64,000 nucleotides of DNA, from the NCBI RefSeq assembly GCF_964355755.1, contig NC_092671.1:38450304-38514303 (forward strand), given 5' to 3'. Both the position numbers and the translations under genes were made by a program. Source of the DNA: Antedon mediterranea (Eukaryota; Animalia; Echinodermata). The stretch's first letter is position 1. Every line of letters begins with the position of its first letter. Below, in pieces: positions 63,980-64,000 of the stretch. A model generated the notes under the pieces. It saw only the letters and a program-made list of their open reading frames with translations. It made no database searches and was not told the origin of the DNA.

Positions 63980-64000
63980 GGTTGTCAGTGGGCATTTACA
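63980..64000 (+). CDS. ZXDC: ZXD-like exon, truncated by the window end
   Basis: ttttgacag|GCQWAFT continues finger 7. Confidence 0.88.

Overview
AT-rich, intron-rich animal genomic DNA, not prokaryotic. It looks like an invertebrate, possibly an echinoderm-like deuterostome, but the taxon is only inferred. Three genes can be reconstructed by hand. (1) A complete GULP1/ced-6 PTB engulfment adaptor on the minus strand: 12 coding exons from 48100 to 33361, about 382 aa, with a candidate alternative N-terminal exon and a candidate cassette exon. (2) A two-exon, ~300-aa orphan gene on the plus strand (56779-57791), probably head-to-head with GULP1. (3) The 5' part of a ZXD (ZXDC-like) C2H2 zinc-finger gene on the plus strand, from 59313 to the window end, apparently using a GC-AG intron. 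The first ~33 kb has no coding exon I recognise and is dense in repeats: PIF/Harbinger elements and MITEs, Kolobok-, hAT- and Helentron/HINE-like elements, CORE- and Deu-type SINEs, and Penelope and other LINE remnants. The most unusual observations are: tandem arrays seeded exactly on GULP1's splice donor, splice acceptor and stop codon, the acceptor array forming repeated AG-microexon(stop)-GT units; two Harbinger families with almost the same TIR but different subterminal palindromic motifs; twin 1.6-kb Harbinger copies with a nested foldback sitting on a still-open LINE ORF; and Penelope-type hammerhead-ribozyme cores, one at the apex of a 345-bp palindrome. All coordinates were read by eye and may be off by a few bases.
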